Sequence record: PZ179880.1
DNA: 64,000 nucleotides
Source: a phage
Reading direction: 5' to 3' (one strand)
Shown here piece after piece: positions 48,753 through 58,721 of the stretch (positions are counted from its first letter, which is position 1; each line of letters starts with the position of its first letter). The notes below the pieces were generated by a model. That model saw nothing but the letters and a program-made list of their open reading frames with translations. It did no database searches and had not been told where the DNA came from. Both the position numbers and the translations under genes were made by a program.

Positions 48753-49061
48753 TTAGTCTTCTATGATATCTCTATCATATCCAAGTGAAATGAGAGTTTC
48801 TTTGAAGTGTTTAATGTTCTTTTGTCTAGAATCATTAATGAAAATGACTGGATAACGAATGTTAAGAGATGTGAATCCAGCGCGTTTAGCAAGAGATACA
48901 ATCAGTGGACGATCATACTCAATCTTACCGTTATTTGTAAGAACTTTATAGAAAGTAAAAGGAGCATTGAGCTCCTTTAGAAGTTTTGTAACTGATTGAC
49001 ATCCAGGACAACGACCTACTTCATCTGGAATTCCATAGACTTCAATCTTGTTCTGTTTCAC
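48753..49061 (-). CDS. nrdH: Glutaredoxin-like protein NrdH
   Basis: 102 aa with CPGC active-site motif; position next to nrdG as in T4. Confidence 0.8.
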   Translation of the reverse strand: MKQNKIEVYGIPDEVGRCPGCQSVTKLLKELNAPFTFYKVLTNNGKIEYDRPLIVSLAKRAGFTSLNIRYPVIFINDSRQKNIKHFKETLISLGYDRDIIED

Positions 49062-49063
49062 AA

Positions 49064-49300
49064 CTATTCCTTACTAAGAGCAGCATTCAGCGTGTTAGTA
49101 ATTTTATCCAGACGCTCATTGAACTCGCTAGAAGATAGTCCTTTTTCTGGAGAAATTAAGCTAATCACGAAAAATATAGCAATAAAAGGAATAAGAAAAA
49201 TAGCACCAACTGCCATAAACAAAAAGAACGTTACAGTTGTAAGAAAATCAGCTAAACCTTTACGAAATTTATACATATTTACCCTTAATTGATTAACCAA
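49064..49300 (-). CDS. Small membrane protein (78 aa)
   Basis: Long hydrophobic segment FFLFMAVGAIFLIPFIAIFFVISLI. Confidence 0.45.
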   Translation of the reverse strand: MVNQLRVNMYKFRKGLADFLTTVTFFLFMAVGAIFLIPFIAIFFVISLISPEKGLSSSEFNERLDKITNTLNAALSKE

Positions 49301-49390
49301 GCATTGATAAGTACTAAACTATACTGCGAATAAAATTCTGGACCAAAATGAAAAATCATATCATTTATAGTATCAATAATATAATTCAGT

Positions 49391-49861
49391 TTAATCATGT
49401 TTCCACACCCCATCGGTATTTGACCAAAGTCGCTGATTATCTGAACCTCGCCACAGCTTTTTGGTCGGAAGATTTTTCTCATACTTCCCATCAATAATAA
49501 CATCAACATATTTAAGCATTTCTAGTTGTTTAATATCTTCAAACTTGTACCCTGTCCACAACCAAATGCTTTTATTTGGATAAAGATTTTTTACTGTTTG
49601 AACAATGCAATGAACAACATCTCGGTTATCAGGATAAAGAGGGTCTCCTCCAGTTATAGTTAATCCTTCTATATAATCATTATTCAAACATTCAATTAAT
49701 TGTTCTAGTGTTTCACCAGTGAATGGAACGCCATTTCTAGCATTCCATGTTGATTTATTATAACACCCTTCACATTTATGCAAACACCCCGTAACGAAAA
49801 GAACGACCCTGCATCCAGGGCCATTCACAAAATCACAGGGATAAAATCTATCGTAATTCAT
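49391..49861 (-). CDS. nrdG: Anaerobic ribonucleotide reductase activase NrdG (radical SAM)
   Basis: 156 aa; CxxxCxxC motif CLHKCEGCYN; same length as T4 NrdG. Confidence 0.95.
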   Translation of the reverse strand: MNYDRFYPCDFVNGPGCRVVLFVTGCLHKCEGCYNKSTWNARNGVPFTGETLEQLIECLNNDYIEGLTITGGDPLYPDNRDVVHCIVQTVKNLYPNKSIWLWTGYKFEDIKQLEMLKYVDVIIDGKYEKNLPTKKLWRGSDNQRLWSNTDGVWKHD

Positions 49862-51675
49862 TGGTGTTTAACCCTATGCATGATTTCTTTATTTTTGCCA
49901 AGATTAAATCCGCGCTCGTTCGGATTTCCCAAATAACCGCAAGTTCTTCTTATTGTGTTCATCTTTTTAGGATCAGTTTCTCCACAAATAGAACAAACAA
50001 ACCCGTTTTCAGTAGGAGTCATTTCATGGGTACTTCCACACGTAAAACATTTATCTACTGGCATGTTAACACCAAAATAATCTAAATGTTGTGCAGCATA
50101 ATCCCAGACAGCCTCAAGACCTTTTAGGTTATTTTTCATATCAGGAAGTTCAACATAAGAAATGTGACCACCTGTCGCAATGAAATGATATGGGGCTTCG
50201 CGAGAAATCTTTTCAAACGGAGTAATATTTTCTTCTACTGAAACATGGAAACTGTTAGTGTACCATCCTTTATCGGTAACATCTTTTACACTTCCATATT
50301 TTTTTGTATCAAGTTTACAGAAGCGATAACAAAGGTTTTCAGCAGGAGTCGAATACAAACTAAAAGCAAACCCAGTTCTTTCAGCCCACTGTTTAAGACG
50401 AGCATTCATTTTAGTTAAAATTTCTTGTCCAATATCACGACCGACAAGAATATTCAATTCATGAATACCAATGTATCCTAAAGACACTGAACTTCTACCG
50501 TTTTTAAATAACTCAATTATGTCGTCATCAGGTTTAAGACGAACCCCGAATGCACCTTCTTGGTAAAGAATAGGAGCAACAGTCGCTTTAACTCCTTTTA
50601 AGGAACTAATTCTACACATCAAAGCTTCAAAACATAAATCCATTCGCTCATTGAACAATTCAGTAAATTTCTGTTCATTGAACTGTGTTCCAATATAAGA
50701 ATCCAACGCAATACGAGGAAGATTCAGTGTTACAACACCAAGATTATTACGTCCATCAAGAATTTCATTACCGGTTGAATCTTTCCACGCGCTCAAGAAA
50801 CTGCGGCAACCCATTGGAGAAACAGGAATAGATGAGCCGGTGATAGCTTTATTGTTCTTAGCTGAAATAATATCAGGATACATCCTTTTGCTTGCACACT
50901 CTAGAGCAAGCTGCTTAATATCATAGTTCGGATCGTCTTTATAAAGATTAACACCTTCTTCAACGAACATAACAAGCTTAGGGAAAATAGGAGTTATCCC
51001 ATCACGACCGAGACCTTTAATACGATTTTTCAGAATTGCTTTCTGAATCATTCGTTCAGTCCAGTCAGTTCCCGTACCAAATGTAATTGTTACAAAAGGA
51101 GTCTGTCCGTTTGAACTAAAGAGAGTATTTACTTCATATTCATAAGCTTGGAATGCATCGTATACATCTTTTTCTGTTTTAGATTGAGCATAATTTAACG
51201 CATCAGCGATTTGCCATTTTTCTGCATCCTCAATATGTTTTGCATAGGTGCGTTTAACATAAGGAGAAAGTACTTTATCTACATTAGCAAAAGTCGTTCC
51301 GCCATATTGATGGGAAGCAACTTGCGCAGTAATTTGTGCCATAATTGCAGTAGCAACGCCAATTGATTTAGGAGTTTCAATCTGCGCATTACCAAGCTTA
51401 AATCCGTTCTCAAGCATTCCTTTTAAATCTACTAAACAGCAATTAGTAAATGGAAGAGCAGGGGAATAATCAATATCATGAAAATGAATAATTCCGCTTT
51501 CATGCGCTTTCATAATAAAAGACGGGACCATATTTTTGGCAATGTGTTTAGACACAATACCAGCCATAAGGTCCCGTTGAGTTGGAAAAACACGAGAATC
51601 TTTATTAGCATTCTCGTTCAAAAGGTCTTTATTAGTTTTATGAATCAATCCTTCAATTTCTTTTTCAATTGTCAT
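49858..51675 (-). CDS. nrdD: Anaerobic ribonucleoside-triphosphate reductase NrdD, intronless
   Basis: 605 aa continuous ORF; C-terminal Zn site CFTCGS...CSICGE and glycyl-radical region; same length as T4 NrdD. Confidence 0.95.
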   Translation of the reverse strand: MTIEKEIEGLIHKTNKDLLNENANKDSRVFPTQRDLMAGIVSKHIAKNMVPSFIMKAHESGIIHFHDIDYSPALPFTNCCLVDLKGMLENGFKLGNAQIETPKSIGVATAIMAQITAQVASHQYGGTTFANVDKVLSPYVKRTYAKHIEDAEKWQIADALNYAQSKTEKDVYDAFQAYEYEVNTLFSSNGQTPFVTITFGTGTDWTERMIQKAILKNRIKGLGRDGITPIFPKLVMFVEEGVNLYKDDPNYDIKQLALECASKRMYPDIISAKNNKAITGSSIPVSPMGCRSFLSAWKDSTGNEILDGRNNLGVVTLNLPRIALDSYIGTQFNEQKFTELFNERMDLCFEALMCRISSLKGVKATVAPILYQEGAFGVRLKPDDDIIELFKNGRSSVSLGYIGIHELNILVGRDIGQEILTKMNARLKQWAERTGFAFSLYSTPAENLCYRFCKLDTKKYGSVKDVTDKGWYTNSFHVSVEENITPFEKISREAPYHFIATGGHISYVELPDMKNNLKGLEAVWDYAAQHLDYFGVNMPVDKCFTCGSTHEMTPTENGFVCSICGETDPKKMNTIRRTCGYLGNPNERGFNLGKNKEIMHRVKHQ

Positions 51676-52145
51676 TTTAAACTCTTTCTAAGCTGCTTCT
51701 TAAATGAAGCTATTAATTGTGTTTTAGTGTCAGATTCATTATATTCAAATCCTCTTTGAAGCATCTCGGCCATCATTTCCTCTTTTCCTAAACGAGAAAA
51801 TTCCTTTGATTTATCTCCAACAAAGTTAGGGTGAATATTATTTTGGGTGTAATCGGATTTTAAATAAGTAAGTAAATTTTCTAACCATTCAAGATAATCA
51901 ACACCTTGTCCCTTTAAGCCAGAACGATTAAATTTATGCTTCATTTGACCTTCTGCGGCATTGCATAGATTACAAAGCAATCCACGTACCTTTCCTGCTT
52001 TTGGTCCATTTAATTCATGGTCATGATCAAGATGATTAGCTTGAACATCAGGATTTAGTTCTCGTTGGCAAATTAAGCATTTACCGTTTTGCGCATCATA
52101 AAATTTCTGTTTTTCTTCTTTATATAATTTGCCAGTCAATAACAT
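51672..52145 (-). CDS. 49: Endonuclease VII gp49 (Holliday junction resolvase)
   Basis: 157 aa MLLTGKLYKEEKQKFYDAQNGKCLICQREL... matches T4 endo VII over full length (memory). Confidence 0.95.
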   Translation of the reverse strand: MLLTGKLYKEEKQKFYDAQNGKCLICQRELNPDVQANHLDHDHELNGPKAGKVRGLLCNLCNAAEGQMKHKFNRSGLKGQGVDYLEWLENLLTYLKSDYTQNNIHPNFVGDKSKEFSRLGKEEMMAEMLQRGFEYNESDTKTQLIASFKKQLRKSLK

Positions 52146-52187
52146 AATAAAACCCTTACCTTAAATAGATAAGGGTATTTATTATTT

Positions 52188-52364
52188 TTAAGTATTGTAA
52201 AACATTCGATGCAATCGTTTATACTGTCGAATCATCTTTTTAGTAGGACGAGAATAGGTTCCTACGCAAGTGGTCATATGAGGGTCCGTAGAATGTCCTT
52301 TAATAAAAAGTTTCCAAACCTTACCGCCATTTAACTTTTCAGTATAAACCAATTCGGTTTTCAT
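52188..52364 (-). CDS. Small ORF (58 aa) whose C-terminus is a paralog of the Pin C-terminus
   Basis: Ends KKMIRQYKRLHRMFYNT vs Pin QKIRQYKRLHQMFYNT; lies within a 45-50 bp direct repeat. Confidence 0.4.
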   Translation of the reverse strand: MKTELVYTEKLNGGKVWKLFIKGHSTDPHMTTCVGTYSRPTKKMIRQYKRLHRMFYNT

Positions 52365-52400
52365 TAAAATGTCCTGTCAGAAAAAGAATTTTGAGTTTTT

Positions 52401-52886
52401 TCAAGTATTGTAAAACATTTGATGCAATCGCTTATATTGCCGAATCTTTTGGTCAGAAAAAGAAATTTGAGTTTCAAGCCATTCAATGTACTCTGCGGCA
52501 GCTTGCATCAGGTTACCTTCATAGCCATCGTTATTTTCTTGCGCAGCTAATTTAGCTAATGCGTATGAAATACGTTCACCTTGAAAAGCGGCTTTAGGCT
52601 TCTGAACATCTTGGCTAGTTCTCTCTACAACTTCTTCAATTTCGCCATTTTCAACGGATTCAGTATTCCACAAACACCAGTATGTAATTGGCTTATCATA
52701 GATGTTAATAATCTTTCCGTCGGAAAGTTCAATTTCAATAATTCCAGTATCAGGTTCTATATCATCTTCGCATTCTTTTGCAAGTTCACGAACTTTAAAG
52801 ACAATACCTGCACTAAGTTCAGGCCAGTAATTACACAGCCCTTTATCAGCACGATTAATTCTAAACCACTTATCTACTGTAATCAT
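52401..52886 (-). CDS. pin: Pin (inhibitor of host Lon protease)
   Basis: 161 aa from MITVDKWFRINRADKGLCNYWPEL...; matches T4 Pin (memory); GGAG SD. Confidence 0.8.
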   Translation of the reverse strand: MITVDKWFRINRADKGLCNYWPELSAGIVFKVRELAKECEDDIEPDTGIIEIELSDGKIINIYDKPITYWCLWNTESVENGEIEEVVERTSQDVQKPKAAFQGERISYALAKLAAQENNDGYEGNLMQAAAEYIEWLETQISFSDQKIRQYKRLHQMFYNT

Positions 52887-52926
52887 GTCCCATCTCCATA
52901 TCAATTATGTCATTTATTGTAGGTTC

Positions 52927-52955
52927 ATTATATACTGTTTCTTCATCAGTGTAAA
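52927..52955 (-). promoter_or_regulatory. T4-type early promoter upstream of pin (-35 TTTACA, -10 TATAAT)
   Basis: Minus-strand GTTTACA..N17..TATAAT. Confidence 0.55.
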
Positions 52956-53008
52956 CCGGTTCTTCCGGCTCTGGCTCCACAGTTTCCCATCTAACCGCCC
53001 ACCAAGGT

Positions 53009-53218
53009 TTAACCCCGAAGCTTATTAAGTTCTTCATAATCAATCCAGGATTCTAGTCCTGATGGCAAATCAGATTCAATTTCCCAAAGAAGTTCTTCAA
53101 TTTTATGAAGACGATCTAATTCTTCAGCTGGAATAGTAACCATTGATGGAGTTCTTGCTACATTAATATCGTAAATCATATTTACCCCAGTTTGACCATA
53201 CAATCGCCGTATTTCCAC
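53009..53218 (-). CDS. Hypothetical protein (69 aa)
   Basis: Minus-strand ORF. Confidence 0.4.
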   Translation of the reverse strand: MEIRRLYGQTGVNMIYDINVARTPSMVTIPAEELDRLHKIEELLWEIESDLPSGLESWIDYEELNKLRG

Positions 53219-53397
53219 TTAGAAATAGACTTTTCACCATTAGAATAATAAACTTCAAGTTTAGCACGATTATTTTTAATTTGAATAACCTTGGCTGTCA
53301 TCAAAGTTCCATACCCATAATAAACTGCAACTTCATCACCTACATATACCGCGCTTCCGCGGTAATCATGAATATAGTCAGTTCCTTCGAGCATCAT
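53182..53397 (-). CDS. Hypothetical protein (71 aa)
   Basis: Minus-strand ORF downstream of nrdC. Confidence 0.4.
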   Translation of the reverse strand: MMLEGTDYIHDYRGSAVYVGDEVAVYYGYGTLMTAKVIQIKNNRAKLEVYYSNGEKSISKWKYGDCMVKLG

Positions 53398-53657
53398 TTA
53401 AAATATTCTCGCAGTTGGTCAAATCCACCAATATGACTTCCATCAGGAGCAAATACCTGGGGCATTGTCAAGCCGATTTGAGTATCACGACCTAGTTTAG
53501 TCAGAAGCTCAGCAATTTTCTCATCATCAAAAACACCTTTTTCCGGCATAATGTTGATAAATTCAAACGGCTGTTTCTTCACGGTCAAAAGACGTTTTGC
53601 ATTATCGCAATACACACATTTATGAATGTTGCTATCATAACCATATACTTTAAACAT
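53394..53657 (-). CDS. nrdC: Thioredoxin NrdC
   Basis: 87 aa with CVYC active site; sequence and length match T4 NrdC (memory). Confidence 0.9.
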   Translation of the reverse strand: MFKVYGYDSNIHKCVYCDNAKRLLTVKKQPFEFINIMPEKGVFDDEKIAELLTKLGRDTQIGLTMPQVFAPDGSHIGGFDQLREYFK

Positions 53658-53658
53658 A

Positions 53659-53901
53659 TTATTCCTTAATTCCTAGTACTTGTTTAAAAGTCTCGTCGTA
53701 ATCAAGACTTTGGCCCGTTTGTTCTTTATGTTTGTATATAATATCACTTACTTCTGATAGCATATTTTTATATGAACGAGTTAAAGCAGATTTAAGCACG
53801 CTGTATCTATCAGGAAATTTACCATGTTCATTATAATAAGCTATTGCTAATTCACGGACTGCCTTTTCAGCAGCCTCCATATATTCTTTACGCTTGGTCA
53901 T
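53659..53901 (-). CDS. Hypothetical protein (80 aa)
   Basis: Minus-strand ORF. Confidence 0.5.
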   Translation of the reverse strand: MTKRKEYMEAAEKAVRELAIAYYNEHGKFPDRYSVLKSALTRSYKNMLSEVSDIIYKHKEQTGQSLDYDETFKQVLGIKE

Positions 53902-53903
53902 TT

Positions 53904-54293
53904 TTAATCCAAAATATTATTAGGCATTGGTTGAACACTCACAAGTTCTTTAAAGAACTCAGTAGAGTCAGGCAATTTAACCATTTCCGGAGCATGCTTA
54001 CTGAATTTATGTTTACATTGACGGCATTTATATTCAAGCTCTGGTTTACGCCAGTTAATCAATTGAACTTGTTCAGTACCGCATTCAGGGCAATTAGGAA
54101 CGTTTTTAGAAGCTCTTTCACGTCGTTCAACCATAGCCATAATAGCATCCCATGCTGGAGGTTTAAAATCTAAATCGTCGCAGCCGTGAATCTTTCCACG
54201 CATTTCCATATCATCTTCCTCACCAGCCATAATAATTTTAATTAAACTGGAATTACTTGAAGCTGCAATGTCTTCTAATAAACGCTTTTTCAT
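53904..54293 (-). CDS. Zinc-ribbon protein (129 aa)
   Basis: CPECG...CRQCKHK pair of CxxC motifs. Confidence 0.5.
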   Translation of the reverse strand: MKKRLLEDIAASSNSSLIKIIMAGEEDDMEMRGKIHGCDDLDFKPPAWDAIMAMVERRERASKNVPNCPECGTEQVQLINWRKPELEYKCRQCKHKFSKHAPEMVKLPDSTEFFKELVSVQPMPNNILD

Positions 54294-55216
54294 TTCAATA
54301 CCTCAATAGCATTACGTAAACCATTTGCTTTGGCGGTTAAAGCCTTAAGAACTTTAGTATGCTCTTCAATCTGTTTTTCAACTTCAATCAAACGGGCACT
54401 GAGATATTCGCGTTCTTCTTTCATAGTATCATTTCCATGATTGGATTTTGGTGTAGGTTTAAATTCACTAGGGTCCTTTAATTTAATAACAAATTTAGTT
54501 TCAAACAGCGAAAGACCATAATTCGTATTATCATCAAAGGATTTGACTACATCCATATCAGATAATAACACGCGTAAATTATAAGCCAAAGAACTAATAG
54601 TTTCATTGTGTTTATTAGCTTCGCGTGGTTTCATATACGGAAGATTTTTATATATCTCGTGCGGAGCACAAATGATAATTGACAATTCAAATTGCCCATT
54701 CTGGGACGATGGAGTGAATTTAGCCGTAACCCAGTCTTTTACATTCACATTAATAGTACGGTTATCACCATGACAAAACAGTCTACGAGAATGCTTAAAA
54801 AGCATATTCACGTTATTATTGAATTCGTGTGAAAATTCACTAGCAAATTTTTCTTTACTATCTTTAGAAAACCATTCTTCTAAATAAGTTCTTTTCACGT
54901 CGTTAATAATATTAAATGTAACAACACTAGCATTTGATACATTAGTCTCAATGTAGCTTGGATACATAAATTTTTTAACATTATTAACAGCTATCACAGA
55001 AGATAGTAATCGGGAACGTTTGAACCACTCGAGCAAAGAACCAAGAGAATGTGAATACGCATTTTGTGTATCTTTACAAATATGGTTTTCCCATCCAATA
55101 TAGTCTAAAAAATCACGAAGAATATTATTGATTACTGCTCTGTGTCCTATCTGATAATTACGATGTTTAGTAATAAGACTGTCAAAATAATCAATATAAT
55201 GTTTACGAGTTTTCAT
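54290..55216 (-). CDS. Hypothetical protein (308 aa), coiled-coil C-terminus; paralog family member A
   Basis: N-terminus MKTRKHYIDYFDSLI and ...SRLLS motif shared with the next gene; C-terminal heptad-like region. Confidence 0.6.
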   Translation of the reverse strand: MKTRKHYIDYFDSLITKHRNYQIGHRAVINNILRDFLDYIGWENHICKDTQNAYSHSLGSLLEWFKRSRLLSSVIAVNNVKKFMYPSYIETNVSNASVVTFNIINDVKRTYLEEWFSKDSKEKFASEFSHEFNNNVNMLFKHSRRLFCHGDNRTINVNVKDWVTAKFTPSSQNGQFELSIIICAPHEIYKNLPYMKPREANKHNETISSLAYNLRVLLSDMDVVKSFDDNTNYGLSLFETKFVIKLKDPSEFKPTPKSNHGNDTMKEEREYLSARLIEVEKQIEEHTKVLKALTAKANGLRNAIEVLK

Positions 55217-55268
55217 GTTCTTCTCACTTGGTTAATGATTTATACTCCGAGCCATCCTTGGCTTTAAA

Positions 55269-56270
55269 TTACTTAATTAACTGTAAAGCTTGTTCCAGAC
55301 GATCAAGACGATTAACAGATTCTTCCCAAATCCTTTTAGCCTGCTCATATTCTTTCTGCGCTTTATTAGAAATTTCTAGAACTTCTTTATAAGCTTTTTC
55401 TAGTGCAATAACTTCTGGACGAATTTCTATCGGTTCAGGTGAATCATCAAGACATTCCATTAGTTCCTCAAGGGTAGTTTCTTCTTTAGGAGTATTCACA
55501 ATTTCATCACATTTTTGTTGGTAAATTTCTTTATCAGTAGGTGAATAAGCACATTTCACTTCACGAAGGCTAATTACGAGTTTATATCCTTCCCAACCGC
55601 ATATATTCTTAAAAGGATATGTATGAATATTTTCTACTGTTTCCATACAAAGTAATGCGGTCACTAATTGACGAGTTATAGTGCTAGCAATTGAGAAAAA
55701 TTTATTAATATTCTTTTGGTTAGTTTCTGGTGTAAAAAATCCATAATTCACAAAAATAGATACTTTATTTTTATCAAGTTCATATTCTTTTATGATAATC
55801 ATATCAGAAGCCAAAGGATGAATTTGACGATAATCGCCATAACATAATTTAGAAGCTGATTTTAGAATCTGTCCTTTGAAAAGTCTGAAATTACTAATCC
55901 AACGACGAGTAAAAATATTCTCAGGGTCTTCTTTATTATTAAGATGATAAGAATTAACATCACCGAACCAATTATATCCTACTACATCTTTGGTTCGTTT
56001 AATTTCTTTCCCAAAATTACCAAGAATATCCCGATTAACCAAATATGAAAGAAGACGAGACTCTTTAAAGGTTTTCTTGATAACATCTTTATCTACACGG
56101 CTAGAAATTTTACGAATTTCATGAATAAATTTAGTAGAAGAAACAATACTTGCATCAACACTATTGAGCCATTGATTGATAATAGAAAGAACGCTATTTT
56201 GGCCAAACATCGGTATAGCTTTATCATCAATAACGCTATTGAATGATTTGATATATTCGTTACGAGTCAA
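55269..56270 (-). CDS. Hypothetical protein (333 aa), coiled-coil C-terminus; paralog family member B
   Basis: N-terminus MTRNEYIKSFNSVI, ...ESRLLS motif; own early promoter. Confidence 0.6.
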   Translation of the reverse strand: MTRNEYIKSFNSVIDDKAIPMFGQNSVLSIINQWLNSVDASIVSSTKFIHEIRKISSRVDKDVIKKTFKESRLLSYLVNRDILGNFGKEIKRTKDVVGYNWFGDVNSYHLNNKEDPENIFTRRWISNFRLFKGQILKSASKLCYGDYRQIHPLASDMIIIKEYELDKNKVSIFVNYGFFTPETNQKNINKFFSIASTITRQLVTALLCMETVENIHTYPFKNICGWEGYKLVISLREVKCAYSPTDKEIYQQKCDEIVNTPKEETTLEELMECLDDSPEPIEIRPEVIALEKAYKEVLEISNKAQKEYEQAKRIWEESVNRLDRLEQALQLIK

Positions 56271-56296
56271 TAATCTCCTCAGTAGAAAGTAAGAAC

Positions 56297-56325
56297 ATTA
56301 TACCACATCCTTGTGGCAAAGTAAA
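56297..56325 (-). promoter_or_regulatory. T4-type early promoter (-35 TTTACT, -10 TATAAT, TGn)
   Basis: Minus-strand GTTTACT..N17..TGGTATAAT; spacer CCACA-N4-TGTGG identical to the promoter at 11744. Confidence 0.65.
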
Positions 56326-57354
56326 CTAGTTCAGTGCATTTAGTGCATTGTTCAGTTTAGAACGTTGCTTTGTCAGATTTTGAACCCTTGACTGAGCTTG
56401 TTCTAACGCCTTTTCAGCTTCTAGCATTTCATTGGTCGCTTTAACGAGTTCATCATCTACTGCCTTAAGAGACTTTTCAATCGCATCAGCGTGCCATTTT
56501 TCTACAGGTTTAAAATTTGAATTTTCAGTAGGAAGAAAACTCACTTTATTAAGTTTACATGCATCTATGTTACTTGAACTGTACATCCAACATTTAGGAT
56601 CGTTTGATAAGTAATTGGATAAATTTAAATTTAAGGTATCTTGCACTTCCTGCTTTTTCTCTTGAACAATTTCATCCTTTCTCAAAAATTCATATTTAAA
56701 TGAAACGATCATATCAAGTTCATATGTTGTTGTATGTTCCCAATTTCGCTCAAAACGAGGTAAAATCTTAGATTGAACAGCAGCAACAACATCCATATAC
56801 TTAAATGCTTCTGTCAGCTGTGATTTAAGACATTCACAAATTGAAAGAGAATTTTTAGTATTAGGCTTAAAGCTAATTCGTGCAGTTCTATTATTTTCTT
56901 TTAACGGTCTTACTTCCATCTGAAGAGTATAACCATCAAATTTCAGGTTCTTTAAGTTAATATCAGAGCCTTTTAATCGACTAGCAGTAGACAAAATTTG
57001 CTTTAATTGTTTACGGAATAGAGCAATAAATCTCCATTCAATACGATAATGATTTGGATTGAAAAATCCAGATGATAAATCGACCTTACTTTGACCAACG
57101 CCTTGAACAATCAAAGGATTTTTATAATCAATAGTTTTACAGAAATCGGTGAGCTGTTCACGAGCAGTCATTTGTGTAATATACCCTGCTTTACTAAAAT
57201 TACGCACCCATTCACTGCTATTCGTATACTTAAAGTGATGAATAACACGATTAACTTTATCAGGGTCTAAATTATTTTCACACAAAAATGTCATAACATC
57301 ACGAGTATAGCTGGCATTACGAACCATATCTTCAATTTGAGAACGAGTTTTCAT
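56326..57354 (-). CDS. Hypothetical protein (342 aa), coiled-coil C-terminus; family member C
   Basis: N-terminus MKTRSQIEDMV; C-terminal LEAEKALEQAQSRVQNLTKQRSKL. Confidence 0.6.
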   Translation of the reverse strand: MKTRSQIEDMVRNASYTRDVMTFLCENNLDPDKVNRVIHHFKYTNSSEWVRNFSKAGYITQMTAREQLTDFCKTIDYKNPLIVQGVGQSKVDLSSGFFNPNHYRIEWRFIALFRKQLKQILSTASRLKGSDINLKNLKFDGYTLQMEVRPLKENNRTARISFKPNTKNSLSICECLKSQLTEAFKYMDVVAAVQSKILPRFERNWEHTTTYELDMIVSFKYEFLRKDEIVQEKKQEVQDTLNLNLSNYLSNDPKCWMYSSSNIDACKLNKVSFLPTENSNFKPVEKWHADAIEKSLKAVDDELVKATNEMLEAEKALEQAQSRVQNLTKQRSKLNNALNALN

Positions 57355-57362
57355 GGTGTTCC

Positions 57363-58265
57363 TTAAGATTTAAGTAAATCAACGATTTTAATTAATTTTT
57401 CACGCTCAGATTTAGCTTTACTACTCAATCCAGATAGTCTGAAAATTTCATCATCATATTGCTGAATAGAAATATTTAGCTCTTCAATCTGCTTATTAAA
57501 ATAAGCAATTTGTTCAGAATGTTTTTCATTACTGCGAACTGGTACAGGTTTTGTAGGTAATTTAGTTGAACTGGATTCATCTGGGCGATAAATTAAAATG
57601 CAATTTGAACCAATCGGACATTTAGCACCAGACACATATTCTAATGTTCCGGCTTCTTTTAAAACTTCAAAAGCTAAACAGAGATGATGCCCCATATTAA
57701 CATAATCTGTAGAGCGAGCTCTGATGTAATAATCATCTCCACGAGTACTAAATTTAAAGCATTTAAGGTCTTCTGTATTATTGGTCTTAAAAATCATTTG
57801 TTTATCTAGACCTTTAGCTAATCGAGCGCCTAATGCTAATAATCGTCGTTGATTTTCCCACAAATCCGCAATCATTTGGTCAAATGATAATTTCGGCATT
57901 AGTCGACCATAAAGGTCATATCCTTTATTATAATTGCGAAGGATTTCACTCGCATTAATACGAGACAACGCTCCAATTTTATTAAGGGCTTTCATGATGC
58001 GATTAGATAAACCCATTCCAGATCCGTTTGTTCGTTGCAAATGTTTATCTAATCCAAACCCAATATCAACTTTAAATTTATCTAAAATTTCAGCATGAAC
58101 ATCTCTGTCAATAACATTCAAATCCAAAGTTGGGTTAAATCTATGAAAAAATTTATCTGGCTCTCCACGACGAAGTACAGTCCATTCATTTAATTTTTTA
58201 TTAACTAAAGATTTAATTACTGCATTGACATTATTAATTACTACTGACATATTTTCCTCACTCAA
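57363..58265 (-). CDS. Hypothetical protein (300 aa), coiled-coil C-terminus; family member D
   Basis: C-terminal NKQIEELNISIQQYDDEIFRLSGLSSKAKSEREKL. Confidence 0.6.
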   Translation of the reverse strand: MSEENMSVVINNVNAVIKSLVNKKLNEWTVLRRGEPDKFFHRFNPTLDLNVIDRDVHAEILDKFKVDIGFGLDKHLQRTNGSGMGLSNRIMKALNKIGALSRINASEILRNYNKGYDLYGRLMPKLSFDQMIADLWENQRRLLALGARLAKGLDKQMIFKTNNTEDLKCFKFSTRGDDYYIRARSTDYVNMGHHLCLAFEVLKEAGTLEYVSGAKCPIGSNCILIYRPDESSSTKLPTKPVPVRSNEKHSEQIAYFNKQIEELNISIQQYDDEIFRLSGLSSKAKSEREKLIKIVDLLKS

Positions 58266-58666
58266 TTTTCAATTTTACTAAATATACAGAATAAGATGGA
58301 ACAGACTATATAAGCACCACACACAGATTGAACTAATACCATTCCAAAGAACCAAACAATATTATCAAACAATGTCTGTTTTACGTCGAAAGGACGTAAA
58401 CTTACAGTAATATTATCACCTTTTTCTATTGAAGAATACATCTCTGGGGAAATATATTCACTAAATCTATAACCGTCTTTGAGTTCATATACAGCAATAA
58501 ACGATAAACTAGACCCCTTTCCTTGAGTTCCTGTAAAGGTATTAACTACAGTAACATCATAATCTTTATAATGCATATAATCATTAATAGCATAATAACC
58601 ATATGCAATTATTATACATAAACAACATATCAATAAATTCAATCTTTTAATTATCAACTGTTTCAT
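58262..58666 (-). CDS. Membrane protein (134 aa) with N- and C-terminal hydrophobic segments
   Basis: LLICCLCIIIAYGYYAI and IVWFFGMVLVQSVCGAYIVCSILFCIF. Confidence 0.5.
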   Translation of the reverse strand: MKQLIIKRLNLLICCLCIIIAYGYYAINDYMHYKDYDVTVVNTFTGTQGKGSSLSFIAVYELKDGYRFSEYISPEMYSSIEKGDNITVSLRPFDVKQTLFDNIVWFFGMVLVQSVCGAYIVCSILFCIFSKIEN

Positions 58667-58721
58667 AATAATCTCAATTAAAAGGGCTTAGAACCATTAT
58701 ACCATCCTTGGTATAAAGCGG

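Noticed and set aside
49285-49509. Minus-strand 74-aa ORF overlapping the nrdG 3' end
   Set aside because: Alternative frame within nrdG; nrdG is full length (156 aa) with its radical-SAM motif intact.
49858-51675. Possible group I intron in nrdD, as in T4
   Set aside because: The ORF is continuous and the same length as the spliced T4 product; no insertion is evident.
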